This document shows positions 32,004-40,821 of a stretch of 64,000 bases of DNA, in pieces. Position 1 is the stretch's first letter. Every line of letters starts with the position of its first letter. Below the pieces are notes generated by a model. The model made no database searches and was not told where the DNA came from. It worked only from the letters and a program-made list of their open reading frames with translations. Position numbers and translations under genes: made by a program. Origin of the DNA: Acidimicrobiia bacterium (GTDB lineage: Bacteria; Actinomycetota; Acidimicrobiia; Spongiisociales; ZC4RG35); NCBI GenBank assembly GCA_965215185.1, contig OZ244034.1:96001-160000 (forward strand). The letters run 5' to 3'.

Positions 32004-32956
32004 CGCTGCTCCACCAGGTAGCGAAAGACGCTCTCCAGGGAGTCATCCTCTGCAGACACGGCGGTGACCAGGGAGTCGGTCTGTAGCGCCGCGACTGCGA
32101 TGTCGAGCCCGAGGGCGCCGGCGTCGCTGGTTTTGATCTCGACCCCGGCCGGGTCAACGCGCACAGCTTCTACCCAATCCCCAACCAGGAGCCGCCGAGC
32201 CAGTTCCCGTGGCCGGTCGGTGGTGATCCGGATCAGGCGCGGGGTGTCGGACATGGCGTCGCGAATGGCGCCAACGGATCCCGCCGCCGCAACGCGGCCG
32301 TTGACCATGGCGACCACTCTCCCGGCCATGCGCTCGACCTCGGCCAGCACGTGGGACGAGACGATGATGGTCCTGCCCTCCCTCCCCAGTTGTACGAAGA
32401 GTTCGATCAGGCGGCCGCGCTGGACCGGATCGGTTCCGTTGAGGGGTTCGTCCAGGATCAGGACCTGCGGATCGTGGACGAGAGCGGCCGCGACCTTGGC
32501 CCGCTGGCGCATACCCTTCGAGAATCCCGAGAGGGATCGGTCGGCGGCTTCAGTGAGTTGGACGGTCCCCAGCGCCCGTTGAGCGGCAACCTTCGCGTCG
32601 CGTACCTTGGAAAGCGCCGCGCTCCATTCGACGAAGCGGCGGGCGCTCATGTGGTTGTAGACCGCTTCGTCTTCGGGGACGAAGCCCACGTGTCGGTAGA
32701 CGCCGTGCTGCTTCCTCGGGGTCAGGCCCAGGATGGTTGCTTTGCCGGCCGACGGTGACAGCAAACCGGCCAGCACCCTCAGCAGGGTGGTCTTGCCGGC
32801 GCCGTTGGGTCCCAGAAGCCCCGTTACCCCCGGTCCGAAGGAGCAGCTCACCTCCGAGACCGCCACCTTCTGTCCGAACCACTTCGAGAGGTCGGTGGCA
32901 ACCACCGTGGCGTCGGAAACGTCTCGAGCGTCCATTGGGTGAGGCGCGCTCGTCAT
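32000..32956 (-). CDS. ABC ATP-binding protein
   Basis: GPNGAGKT, FSKGMRQR, LILDEP, SSH. Confidence 0.93.
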   Translation of the reverse strand: MTSAPHPMDARDVSDATVVATDLSKWFGQKVAVSEVSCSFGPGVTGLLGPNGAGKTTLLRVLAGLLSPSAGKATILGLTPRKQHGVYRHVGFVPEDEAVYNHMSARRFVEWSAALSKVRDAKVAAQRALGTVQLTEAADRSLSGFSKGMRQRAKVAAALVHDPQVLILDEPLNGTDPVQRGRLIELFVQLGREGRTIIVSSHVLAEVERMAGRVVAMVNGRVAAAGSVGAIRDAMSDTPRLIRITTDRPRELARRLLVGDWVEAVRVDPAGVEIKTSDAGALGLDIAVAALQTDSLVTAVSAEDDSLESVFRYLVEQR

Positions 32957-33894
32957 GTCAGCTTCCGGTATCGCCAGCCCACCAGGAGCACGCTGATGAT
33001 CGCCAGGCCCATCACCACCATGAGGGAGGCTTCGGGGCCGAAGCCTCCCTGGGCCGGGATCACGATGGACGAGTCCAGGTCGAAGATCCAGTCACGGACA
33101 TATCGCGGGTGCTGTTCCAGCGCGAGCAAAGAGGTCCACCGGGTGCCGGGCGTTGAGCTTGTTTCCTGGAAGATGCGGGCGATGAGGTTGAGGCCCAGCA
33201 GCACGGCGATGAACCCCGCCGCGGCTGTACCTACCCGGTTGGCGAATGAGGCGGCCAGGAAGGTCAGCGAGGCATGCAGCGTGAAGTAGACGAGCGCGGC
33301 CGCGGGGACTTTCCACAGGATGTCGGTGGTTCCTCCCAAGTAGGAGAGGAACCCGGTTGGCGAAAGGGCGGCGTATCCCAGGTGGAGAAGCAGTTGCGGG
33401 ACCAGCCAGAAGCTCAGGATGACCGTGGCATAGGTCACTGCTTTCGCCACCAGGTAGTCGCGCACGATCAGAGGTCTCGAGAAGTAGACGTTCAGTACTC
33501 CCTGGGTGCGATCGGGAATCAGCAATTGGGGGCCGGTGTAGGCGGCGAAAAGCAGGGCGATGTTCGATATGAAGTCGAAGTATCCGCCGTACCGGGGGAA
33601 CAGCTCCGAGGTGTCCAGCGAAACGGGAAGGGTCGATGAGATCCATTCGACTGCGATCAAGATCACCGCCGACGCCAGCGCCAGCGCGATGAGCGTCCAC
33701 GGGAACAATTTGCGTTTTGCTTTTCGCCGCAGCCCCAGTACCCGCCGGTATCCTTCCCTGATAATCGCCTTCATGGCTCCGCGCCGCCCAGTGCGGGGCC
33801 CGTGGTAACTGCGGTAGCCGCGATCGAGGATGATCGCCGGGTCGTGACTGCTCATCGGGGTATCAGCCATTCGATTGTTTCGTTGCCGCCACAA
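32953..33894 (-). CDS. ABC-2 type permease (start uncertain)
   Basis: ILDRGYRSYHGPR, DR..GVLNVYFSRPL..DYLVAK, multiple TM. Confidence 0.85.
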   Translation of the reverse strand: MWRQRNNRMADTPMSSHDPAIILDRGYRSYHGPRTGRRGAMKAIIREGYRRVLGLRRKAKRKLFPWTLIALALASAVILIAVEWISSTLPVSLDTSELFPRYGGYFDFISNIALLFAAYTGPQLLIPDRTQGVLNVYFSRPLIVRDYLVAKAVTYATVILSFWLVPQLLLHLGYAALSPTGFLSYLGGTTDILWKVPAAALVYFTLHASLTFLAASFANRVGTAAAGFIAVLLGLNLIARIFQETSSTPGTRWTSLLALEQHPRYVRDWIFDLDSSIVIPAQGGFGPEASLMVVMGLAIISVLLVGWRYRKLT

Positions 33895-34807
33895 ACACGT
33901 CTTCCAGACTTCTCAGATCGGTGCCCATTTCGCGGACCGATGAGCCAGAAGCCGCCAGCGCATCACGCACCGCGATGAACACGTTTTCCGAGGAGCTTAT
34001 GGCCGTCACGACCCGACCGGCGTAGGTGACCTCGACGCCCCGTGCGGTGAGGGCGGCTACCAGCGGCAGGGGATCCCCGAAGACCTCCACCGACACCGCA
34101 GTGCCGTCGCTGGGAGGATCGAGAGGGGCTGAGCGGAGCAACCGGCCGCCATCCAGCATCACCACCCAGTCGCAGGTTTGCTCGACATCGTCCAAGAGGT
34201 GGGATGAAAAGAGCACGCTCATGCCGAACTCACGGAAGCGGTGGATGACCTCCAGCATCTGGTCGCGCCCTGCGGGATCAAGACCGGAGGCAGGCTCGTC
34301 GAGGAGCACCAACCTGGGATCGTGCACGATGCTCTGGGCCAGTTTCACGCGTTGCTGCATGCCGGTCGAGAAGTCCCCGATGTAGCGGAATCGTTCCTCG
34401 TGCAGTCCCACCAGAAATAGGGTTTCCGACGCCCGGCGGCGGGCTTCGGTCGATGGGATTCCGGCCAGTTCTGCGGCGAATGCCACGAAGTCGGCCGCCG
34501 TCTGGTCACGGGGGAGGCAATTTCCCTCCGGCATGTAACCGATCCTGGCTCGCAGACCGGCGGCATCTTTGGCGACCGGAGTTCCGAACACCGCAACATG
34601 CCCGGAGGTTGGTGCGGTCAACCCCAACAACAATCTGATCAGGGTGGTCTTGCCCGCCCCGTTGGCCCCTACCAGCCCGGTAATGCCGGATGGGACGGTG
34701 AGATCGACCCCGGCGAGAGCGCGGACATCCCCGAAGTGTTTGTGGAGGTTCCTGGTTTCGATGATCGGCGCGTCGGCAACTGCAGGTCCGGTCGGTCCGT
34801 TGCTCAC
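33863..34807 (-). CDS. ABC ATP-binding protein
   Basis: GANGAGKT, FSTGMQQR, VLLDEP, SSH, SLEDVF. Confidence 0.93.
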   Translation of the reverse strand: MSNGPTGPAVADAPIIETRNLHKHFGDVRALAGVDLTVPSGITGLVGANGAGKTTLIRLLLGLTAPTSGHVAVFGTPVAKDAAGLRARIGYMPEGNCLPRDQTAADFVAFAAELAGIPSTEARRRASETLFLVGLHEERFRYIGDFSTGMQQRVKLAQSIVHDPRLVLLDEPASGLDPAGRDQMLEVIHRFREFGMSVLFSSHLLDDVEQTCDWVVMLDGGRLLRSAPLDPPSDGTAVSVEVFGDPLPLVAALTARGVEVTYAGRVVTAISSSENVFIAVRDALAASGSSVREMGTDLRSLEDVFVAATKQSNG

Positions 34808-34857
34808 GATCGTCGGCGCCGCCGGGGGTCCATCTGGCCGAACTTAGCCCCTTTGCT

Positions 34858-34937
34858 GAGGAGCACCGACTTGGGATCATGCACGATGCTCTCGGCCAAC
34901 TTCACGCGTTGGTGCATACCGGCTTGAGAAGTTCCGG
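34858..34937 (-). pseudogene. ~80-bp diverged remnant of an ABC ATPase signature/Walker-B region
   Basis: Aligns to 34301-34379 at roughly 85% by eye with one indel; encodes GMHQRVKLAESIVHDPKSVLL versus GMQQRVKLAQSIVHDPRLVLL. Confidence 0.8.
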
Positions 34938-34941
34938 GCTG

Positions 34942-36093
34942 CTAGGCGAAGGTAAGAAGGCGGCGGGGGTTTTCGATGAGGATCTGGTCGATCAAGCTCT
35001 GGTCAAATCCCTTGTAGCGCATCAGTTGCTGGACGGTTTCGGGTATGTGCTGCCAGCCGTGTCCACCGTATTTGCGCTGCCAGTGTTGTAGGGCAAGATC
35101 CGATGAAATGAGCAATTGATCTTGGTGACCGGCTTCGGCGACGGCCATCAGGTAGTTGAGCCGTATGGCGTCGTTGGCCACGTCCACGGGGCCGCGTTGT
35201 CGGTAGGACGGTTCCCATCCGAAAGTGTCGATGGAAAGGTTCACCCCGGTGGCCGCCAACTCCAGGAAGGGGGCCGGATCGAAGGAGTGGGGAGCAGGCC
35301 GGGAAGGAAGGCGGTGCTCCAAGTGACAGATAATGGTCCGGGAGAGATCTCCGCCCTCTTCCTCAACGATCCGTACGGTGTCCCAGATTGATGCGGCGCT
35401 GAACCCGGGATGGATGGAGAGCGCCGCGCCTGTCTCCTTTTGGGAGCGGATAGAGGCTCGAAGGGCTTTCTCTTCGTTGGGATGAAGCGGCCAGGTCAGT
35501 CCCACCTCTCCGATGATTCCCGCTTTGATGCCTCCCGCCACTCCCTGGGTGATGTCGCCGGTGATCAGTTCCTGAACCCTGGAGATGTCCAGTTCCGACA
35601 TATTGGAGGGGTGAAACTCGTAGGCATAAAAGCCGCTGCCCATCACTATGTGGACACCGGTTGCTCGGGCTATCTGGGCCAAACCCCGAGGATCGCGGGC
35701 CAGCCCCCGGGGGGTCTGGTCGACCAGGCAGGTTCCGCCGTGGCGTTTGAAGAGATTTGCCTCGTAGATAACGTCGTCAATATCGGTGATCCGGTAATCG
35801 CCGTAATAGAACCAGTGGCGGGCAATGTCCCCGCGGTTCTCCAGGGTGACGGGCTGTCCCCATTTGGCGGTCCAAGTGGCTGCCACTCCCGGGCCGTCCT
35901 GTCCCCGTTCCCATCCCGCCTCGGGGATCTCCCCGGCCTTCTTGGCGGATTCGCCCGAGTTGATCAGGGCCGTGGCGGAGGACTGCCCCATGGTCATGTC
36001 GATGAGTACGTGTTCATGGGGGAGGGTTATGCCGAGAACGTCGGGAGAGATAGTTCCCAGGACCGTTTGCACCTTGCCGTTTTGGGTAGTCAT
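34942..36093 (-). CDS. Phosphotriesterase-related (PTER/PHP-type) amidohydrolase, copy 2
   Basis: Start MTTQNGKVQTVLG (36093) gives the same 1152-bp length as copy 1; HEH, GIIGEVG, IHPG, CH, SSD, KYGGHG. Confidence 0.9.
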   Translation of the reverse strand: MTTQNGKVQTVLGTISPDVLGITLPHEHVLIDMTMGQSSATALINSGESAKKAGEIPEAGWERGQDGPGVAATWTAKWGQPVTLENRGDIARHWFYYGDYRITDIDDVIYEANLFKRHGGTCLVDQTPRGLARDPRGLAQIARATGVHIVMGSGFYAYEFHPSNMSELDISRVQELITGDITQGVAGGIKAGIIGEVGLTWPLHPNEEKALRASIRSQKETGAALSIHPGFSAASIWDTVRIVEEEGGDLSRTIICHLEHRLPSRPAPHSFDPAPFLELAATGVNLSIDTFGWEPSYRQRGPVDVANDAIRLNYLMAVAEAGHQDQLLISSDLALQHWQRKYGGHGWQHIPETVQQLMRYKGFDQSLIDQILIENPRRLLTFA

Positions 36094-36100
36094 GCCCGCC

Positions 36101-36106
36101 ATTCTA
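36101..36106 (-). promoter_or_regulatory. -10 box TAGAAT, leaderless promoter of PTE copy 2
   Basis: TAGAAT-N7-ATG with no SD. Confidence 0.45.
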
Positions 36107-36252
36107 CGGGAGGACAACTGTGGGAGAGACCCGCTCTCGATGCTATATATGATGATTTCCACGAGGCCGGGTCGACTTGGCGAGCCAAGAAGTGTTTAGC
36201 CGGGGCGATCCGGCATTATCGGCGGACGCGGAAAGGAGTCGAGTCGGTAGCA

Positions 36253-37308
36253 ATGAGGGTGGAGCGACTGATACAGGCTGTGGATCTGCACGCTGCCGGA
36301 GAGCACGGACGGGTGATCGTGGGCGGTGTGTTGGATGTGCCCGGCGCCTCGATGTTCGAGAAGATGCAGTATCTGGAGCAGCATGCCGACGGACTTCGCA
36401 AGCTCATGCTCCGCGAGCCGCGCGGCTACCCGGCCGCCAATTGCAACCTGGTGCTTCCTCCTACCGTGCCGGAGGCTGACGCCGGGTTTGTGATTATGGA
36501 GCAGACCGAATACCCACCCATGTCGGGAACTAACGCCATATGTACCGTGACCGCCCTGATTGAAACCGGGATGGTTCGCTCACGGGAACCGGTGACTGAA
36601 CTCACTTTGGAGACTCCGGCCGGACTGATCGAGGTGGAGGCTCGGGTGGAGGGGGGCAAGGTCACGGGGGTGACCTTTGAAAACGTGCCGGCCTTCGCCG
36701 TTCACCTGGGCGCCACGGTGGAGATTCCCACGCTGGGAGAAGTGGAGGTGGATGTGGCTTGGGGTGGGATGTTCTTCGCCATAGCCGACGCCCGCCGCTT
36801 TGGGCTTTCCATCAATCCCGAAAACGGCGCCGAATTGGTGCGCATCGGAGCGATGATCAAACAGGCCGCCCGTGAGCAGTTGGAAACAGTCCATCCCGAA
36901 AACCCCGAGATCCGCCAAGCCAGCATCGGCCAACTCACCGAGCCTTTCGATCCGACGACCGGCAAGGCCAAGAACGCGGTCACCGTGGCGACGGGTGACC
37001 TTGATTGGGACCGGCCCGAGACATGGACGGGAGCTCTGGACCGCTCCCCATGCGGTACTGGCACCTCAGCGCGGATGGCGGTTCTTCATGCCCGCGGAGA
37101 GCTGGGTATCGGGCAGGCGTTTCATCACTACGGGCCGCTCGACACCGTCTTCACTGGGCGGTTGATCAGGGAGACAACAGTGGGAGGAACCTCGGCGGTG
37201 ATTCCCACTATCAGCGGCGCGGCGTGGATCACCGGTCTCGCCCAGTACGTGGTGGATCCGAGCGACCCGTTTCCCGAAGGTTTCACGATCGGCGACATCT
37301 GGGGGTGA
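36253..37308 (+). CDS. Proline racemase / hydroxyproline epimerase-dehydratase family (Ser/Cys type)
   Basis: AAAGGAG upstream, ATG 36253; DLHAAGEHGR, EPRG, PPMSGTN, DVAWGG, DRSPCGTGTSAR, DPFPEGF. Confidence 0.9.
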   Translation: MRVERLIQAVDLHAAGEHGRVIVGGVLDVPGASMFEKMQYLEQHADGLRKLMLREPRGYPAANCNLVLPPTVPEADAGFVIMEQTEYPPMSGTNAICTVTALIETGMVRSREPVTELTLETPAGLIEVEARVEGGKVTGVTFENVPAFAVHLGATVEIPTLGEVEVDVAWGGMFFAIADARRFGLSINPENGAELVRIGAMIKQAAREQLETVHPENPEIRQASIGQLTEPFDPTTGKAKNAVTVATGDLDWDRPETWTGALDRSPCGTGTSARMAVLHARGELGIGQAFHHYGPLDTVFTGRLIRETTVGGTSAVIPTISGAAWITGLAQYVVDPSDPFPEGFTIGDIWG

Positions 37309-37672
37309 TGTCCGCTCCTCGCTTCATCTATTAAAGATCGCTTCCGCCTCCAGGTCCAAAGCCGGAGGTGGACCCTTTTTCCATGATCGTCGTGGGTAAG
37401 GGGACGGTTGAGGATAAACCACAGCGCCCCACCCTCCGCTCCAAGGAGCCCTTTCAGACATCTGGAGCCGATCTGAATACCGCCCCTATGTGTTTCCAGC
37501 GGCGACATAGGCAAAATGAGTTGAATGGTATAAGCAAATAAATTGTGAATAATATGCAAGCGGGGAAGATTTACCGGTACGCTGACCTATAGGTTCCGGG
37601 ACCATCTCCGACTACTTGTTGATCATGACTCTCCGGAAAATGTGACGGTTTAGTTTCTATAAGGAGTTGTTC

Positions 37673-38893
37673 ATGATTGCTGGTGATACAGCGTGGATTA
37701 TTGTTGCCACGGCCCTTGTTCTGTTTATGACCCTGCCGGGTCTGGCGTTGTTCTATGCCGGCCTGGTGCGTTCGAGGTCGGCTTTGTCCGTGATGATGCA
37801 ATGCGTCTCTATTACCGCTCTGGCCAGCGTTTTGTGGTTGGTCCTGGGCTATACCCTGTCTTTTGGCGACAGTCAGGGCGGCATCGTCGGCGGGCTGGGC
37901 AAGGTCTTTTTCGCCGGTGTTCAAGGATCCCAATCGGGCACCATACCCGAGATAGTTTTCGCCATCTTCCAGATGACCTTTGCCATCATCACCCCGGCGC
38001 TGATCGTGGGCGCCTATGTGGAGCGAATCAAGTTCTCATCAGTTCTCATCTTCAGCAGTGCATGGCTCCTGTTGGTCTACTCGCCCATTTGTCATTGGGT
38101 CTGGGGAGGCGGATGGTTGGGCGAGTTGGGAATCATGGACTTCGCCGGCGGTTTGGTGGTCCATGCCAGCGCCGGATCGGCGGCCCTGGTGGTCGCCGCC
38201 GTGCTGGGAGCACGGCGGGGCTTCCCCGACAAGATCAAACCCCCGCACAATCCCGGCATGACTGCGGCGGGGGCGGCGATGCTCTGGGTAGGTTGGTTCG
38301 GGTTCAACGGAGGCAGTCAACTCGCCGCCGACGGCGGAGCCGGCCTGGCGATCGCCGCTACGCACTTTGCCGCGGTGGGCGCGGCCATTACCTGGTCGGT
38401 AATCGAATGGAAGAAAGTGGGCAAGCCTTCGCTGGTCGGCATGGTCACCGGTGTGATCGCGGGCCTGGCGACCGTTACTCCTGCTTCCGGTTTCATCAGC
38501 CCGGTCGGCGGCCTGCTGCTGGGCGCGGTCGCAGGCGTGGTGTGTTACTACGCAGTCGATCTGGTGAAGGGGAAATGGAATATCGACGATTCGCTGGACG
38601 TGTTCGCCGTGCACGGTGTTGGCGGGGCGCTGGGCACGTTGCTGGTGGCGGTGCTGGCCCTGGACAGCCTCGGGGGCGGCGGCCTGTCGGTCTCCAGCGG
38701 CGGCTTTGGCGCCCAGATCGGCGTGCAGGCGCTGGGGGTGCTCGCCACTCTCGTCTGGTCGGGCGGTGTCACATTCATAATCGTGAAGGTCACCGCCAGG
38801 CTCACCGGCGGGTTGCGGGTCGACTCCGAAGATGAGATGGCCGGTCTTGACCAAGCCCTCCACGGCGAGCAGGCCTATGACCTGGAGTCGTAA
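37673..38893 (+). CDS. amtB: Ammonium transporter
   Basis: PGLALFYAG, FQMTFAIITPAL, DFAGGLVVH, WVGWFGFNGGS, DDSLDVFAVHG, GLD..HGE; AAGGAG RBS. Confidence 0.95.
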   Translation: MIAGDTAWIIVATALVLFMTLPGLALFYAGLVRSRSALSVMMQCVSITALASVLWLVLGYTLSFGDSQGGIVGGLGKVFFAGVQGSQSGTIPEIVFAIFQMTFAIITPALIVGAYVERIKFSSVLIFSSAWLLLVYSPICHWVWGGGWLGELGIMDFAGGLVVHASAGSAALVVAAVLGARRGFPDKIKPPHNPGMTAAGAAMLWVGWFGFNGGSQLAADGGAGLAIAATHFAAVGAAITWSVIEWKKVGKPSLVGMVTGVIAGLATVTPASGFISPVGGLLLGAVAGVVCYYAVDLVKGKWNIDDSLDVFAVHGVGGALGTLLVAVLALDSLGGGGLSVSSGGFGAQIGVQALGVLATLVWSGGVTFIIVKVTARLTGGLRVDSEDEMAGLDQALHGEQAYDLES

Positions 38894-38917
38894 GAAACAA
38901 GCTATATAACGAAAATC

Positions 38918-38952
38918 CGAAAGCAGTCCGCCAATTTCGCGGGCTGCTTTCG
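38918..38952. terminator. Hairpin terminator between convergent amt and crotonase
   Basis: CGAAAGCAGTCCGC-N7-GCGGGCTGCTTTCG, 14-bp stem with one G.U, followed by TTTATT. Confidence 0.75.
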
Positions 38953-38953
38953 T

Positions 38954-39802
38954 TTATTCCGACGCCAGATCCCGGGCGATGGAGCGAGGGTTCTGGCCCC
39001 CAATGTGGTCGTCGGAGGTAAGGGCGCTGTGGGCGTGCGCCACCTGGTGCAGCCCGAAGGCCGTGGACATCCCGTCCCGCAGGCCCATGCGGTTCTCGAC
39101 CGCGTTGAGAGCCCGCTTGGCAAGCGCCACCCCGAACCGGGGCCGGGCCGCGCACCTCTCCGCCAACCGGGCGGTGGCGTCTCGCAGCTGATCACGGGGC
39201 ACCACCCGGTTGACCATTCCCACCTCGTAGGCGCGGGCGGCAGACATGCGATCGCCCACCAGCAGAAATTCCCGGGCGATGCGAGTGGACATCACGAACT
39301 GGTGGGCGAAATACTCGATGCCGGGGATGCCCATCCTCACCACCGGATCGGCGAAATAGGCGTCGTCCGAGGCCACGATCAGGTCAGCCGGCCATATCAG
39401 GGAAAGGCCCCCCGCCACACAAGCTCCGTGCACCATTGCTATCAGGGGTTTGGGATGGTCTCTCCAGCGAAGCGGGATGGAGAGATAAGCCTCGTCCTCC
39501 CGTACCAGGATGGTCTCCGCTCCCTCCTTGTCGGAGTGGTCGTACCAGGTGGTGGCGACTCTCGGGAAGGGCTTCTCAAGATCACGGCCAGGGCTTCCCA
39601 GGTCATGGCCGGAACAGAAGTGAGGCCCGGCCCCGCCGATCACCACCGCTCCCACACCGTCGTCGGACGCAGCCTGCGTCAACGCTTTATCCAAAGCGTT
39701 GATCAGAGCGACATTGAGGGCGTTTCGATACCGGGGACGGTTAAGGGTGAGCCACATCACCGATCCCACTTGTTGGGAGAGGAGCACCGGTTCAGGCGTC
39801 AT
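38954..39802 (-). CDS. Enoyl-CoA hydratase family (EchA13-like)
   Basis: LNRP..RNA, FCSGHDLG, AMVHGACVAGG, DPVVRMGIPGIEYFAH. Confidence 0.85.
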   Translation of the reverse strand: MTPEPVLLSQQVGSVMWLTLNRPRYRNALNVALINALDKALTQAASDDGVGAVVIGGAGPHFCSGHDLGSPGRDLEKPFPRVATTWYDHSDKEGAETILVREDEAYLSIPLRWRDHPKPLIAMVHGACVAGGLSLIWPADLIVASDDAYFADPVVRMGIPGIEYFAHQFVMSTRIAREFLLVGDRMSAARAYEVGMVNRVVPRDQLRDATARLAERCAARPRFGVALAKRALNAVENRMGLRDGMSTAFGLHQVAHAHSALTSDDHIGGQNPRSIARDLASE

Positions 39803-40814
39803 GGACTAACCTGATCAGCCTTCTCCCGCGGTTCTCCCCCCAGAAAAGTCCCACAAAGGCCCCGGGGGCGTTCTCGAAACCTTCGATGATCTCCTCCCTG
39901 AAAACCAATCGGTCTCCCACTATCCACTCTCTCATCTCGGCCATGGCCTGGCGAAAGCGGGGGAGAAAGTCCCACACAACGAACCCGGTCATGGTGATCC
40001 GCCGATTGATCATCTCACCTACCGCCCGGATTCCCCGAGGGTCGGTGCGGGCATATTCGCTTATCTGGCCAGAAATCGCTACTCGCCCCCCTTGACTCAT
40101 GTTGACCAGAGCGGCGTCCAGCGTCTCACCTCCCACATTGTCGAAGTAAACATCCACCCCCTCGGGGCAAACCCGAGCGATGCCAGCCGCCAGGTCGGGT
40201 TCGGCCCGATAATCAATGCAGGCGTCGGCGCCCAGTTCCTCTGTGACCAGGCTGCACTTTTGTTCCGATCCGACTATCCCCACAACCCGGCATTCCAGAT
40301 TGCGGGCAACTTGAACGGCGGTGCTGCCCACTGCCCCGGCTGCCGAGGACACCAGCACAGTTTCCCCGGGCTGGGCTTCGGCCACCAGGCGCATGCCGAA
40401 ATAGGCGGTAAGTCCAGAGACTCCCAACGCTCCGATAGCGGCACGCTCGGAGATGGGAGCGCTGAAAATGTTGGGGTCCAAACGGAGCACGCCGCGACCA
40501 GAGGAGACATAGCTCTCTCGCCAGCCGTTGGCGCAGCTAACCCGATCTCCAACCGCGAAGCGGGGATTTCGGGATTCGGTGACTACCCCCACCGAAAAGC
40601 CGTCGATGACCTCTCCCGGTTGAAGGCGGGGAGCGTAGCTGTCCCGGGTCAGGCGATCCAGCACACCAGGATCAACCGAGACGAAGGTATTGCGGACCAT
40701 GATCTTTCCCTCGCCCACCTCCGGGAGATCTTTAGTCACCAGTTGGAAGTTGTCGGGGGTCGGTGCTCCTTGGGGAGTCGAGGCCAGCACCCAGGATCGA
40801 CTTGAAGACATCAT
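39792..40814 (-). CDS. NADP-dependent alkenal/prostaglandin reductase-like MDR oxidoreductase
   Basis: SVDP, GLTAYFG, SSAAGAVGS, GVDVYFDNVGG, GQISEY, GENRG. Confidence 0.9.
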   Translation of the reverse strand: MMSSSRSWVLASTPQGAPTPDNFQLVTKDLPEVGEGKIMVRNTFVSVDPGVLDRLTRDSYAPRLQPGEVIDGFSVGVVTESRNPRFAVGDRVSCANGWRESYVSSGRGVLRLDPNIFSAPISERAAIGALGVSGLTAYFGMRLVAEAQPGETVLVSSAAGAVGSTAVQVARNLECRVVGIVGSEQKCSLVTEELGADACIDYRAEPDLAAGIARVCPEGVDVYFDNVGGETLDAALVNMSQGGRVAISGQISEYARTDPRGIRAVGEMINRRITMTGFVVWDFLPRFRQAMAEMREWIVGDRLVFREEIIEGFENAPGAFVGLFWGENRGRRLIRLVHDA

Positions 40815-40821
40815 TGCTGTT

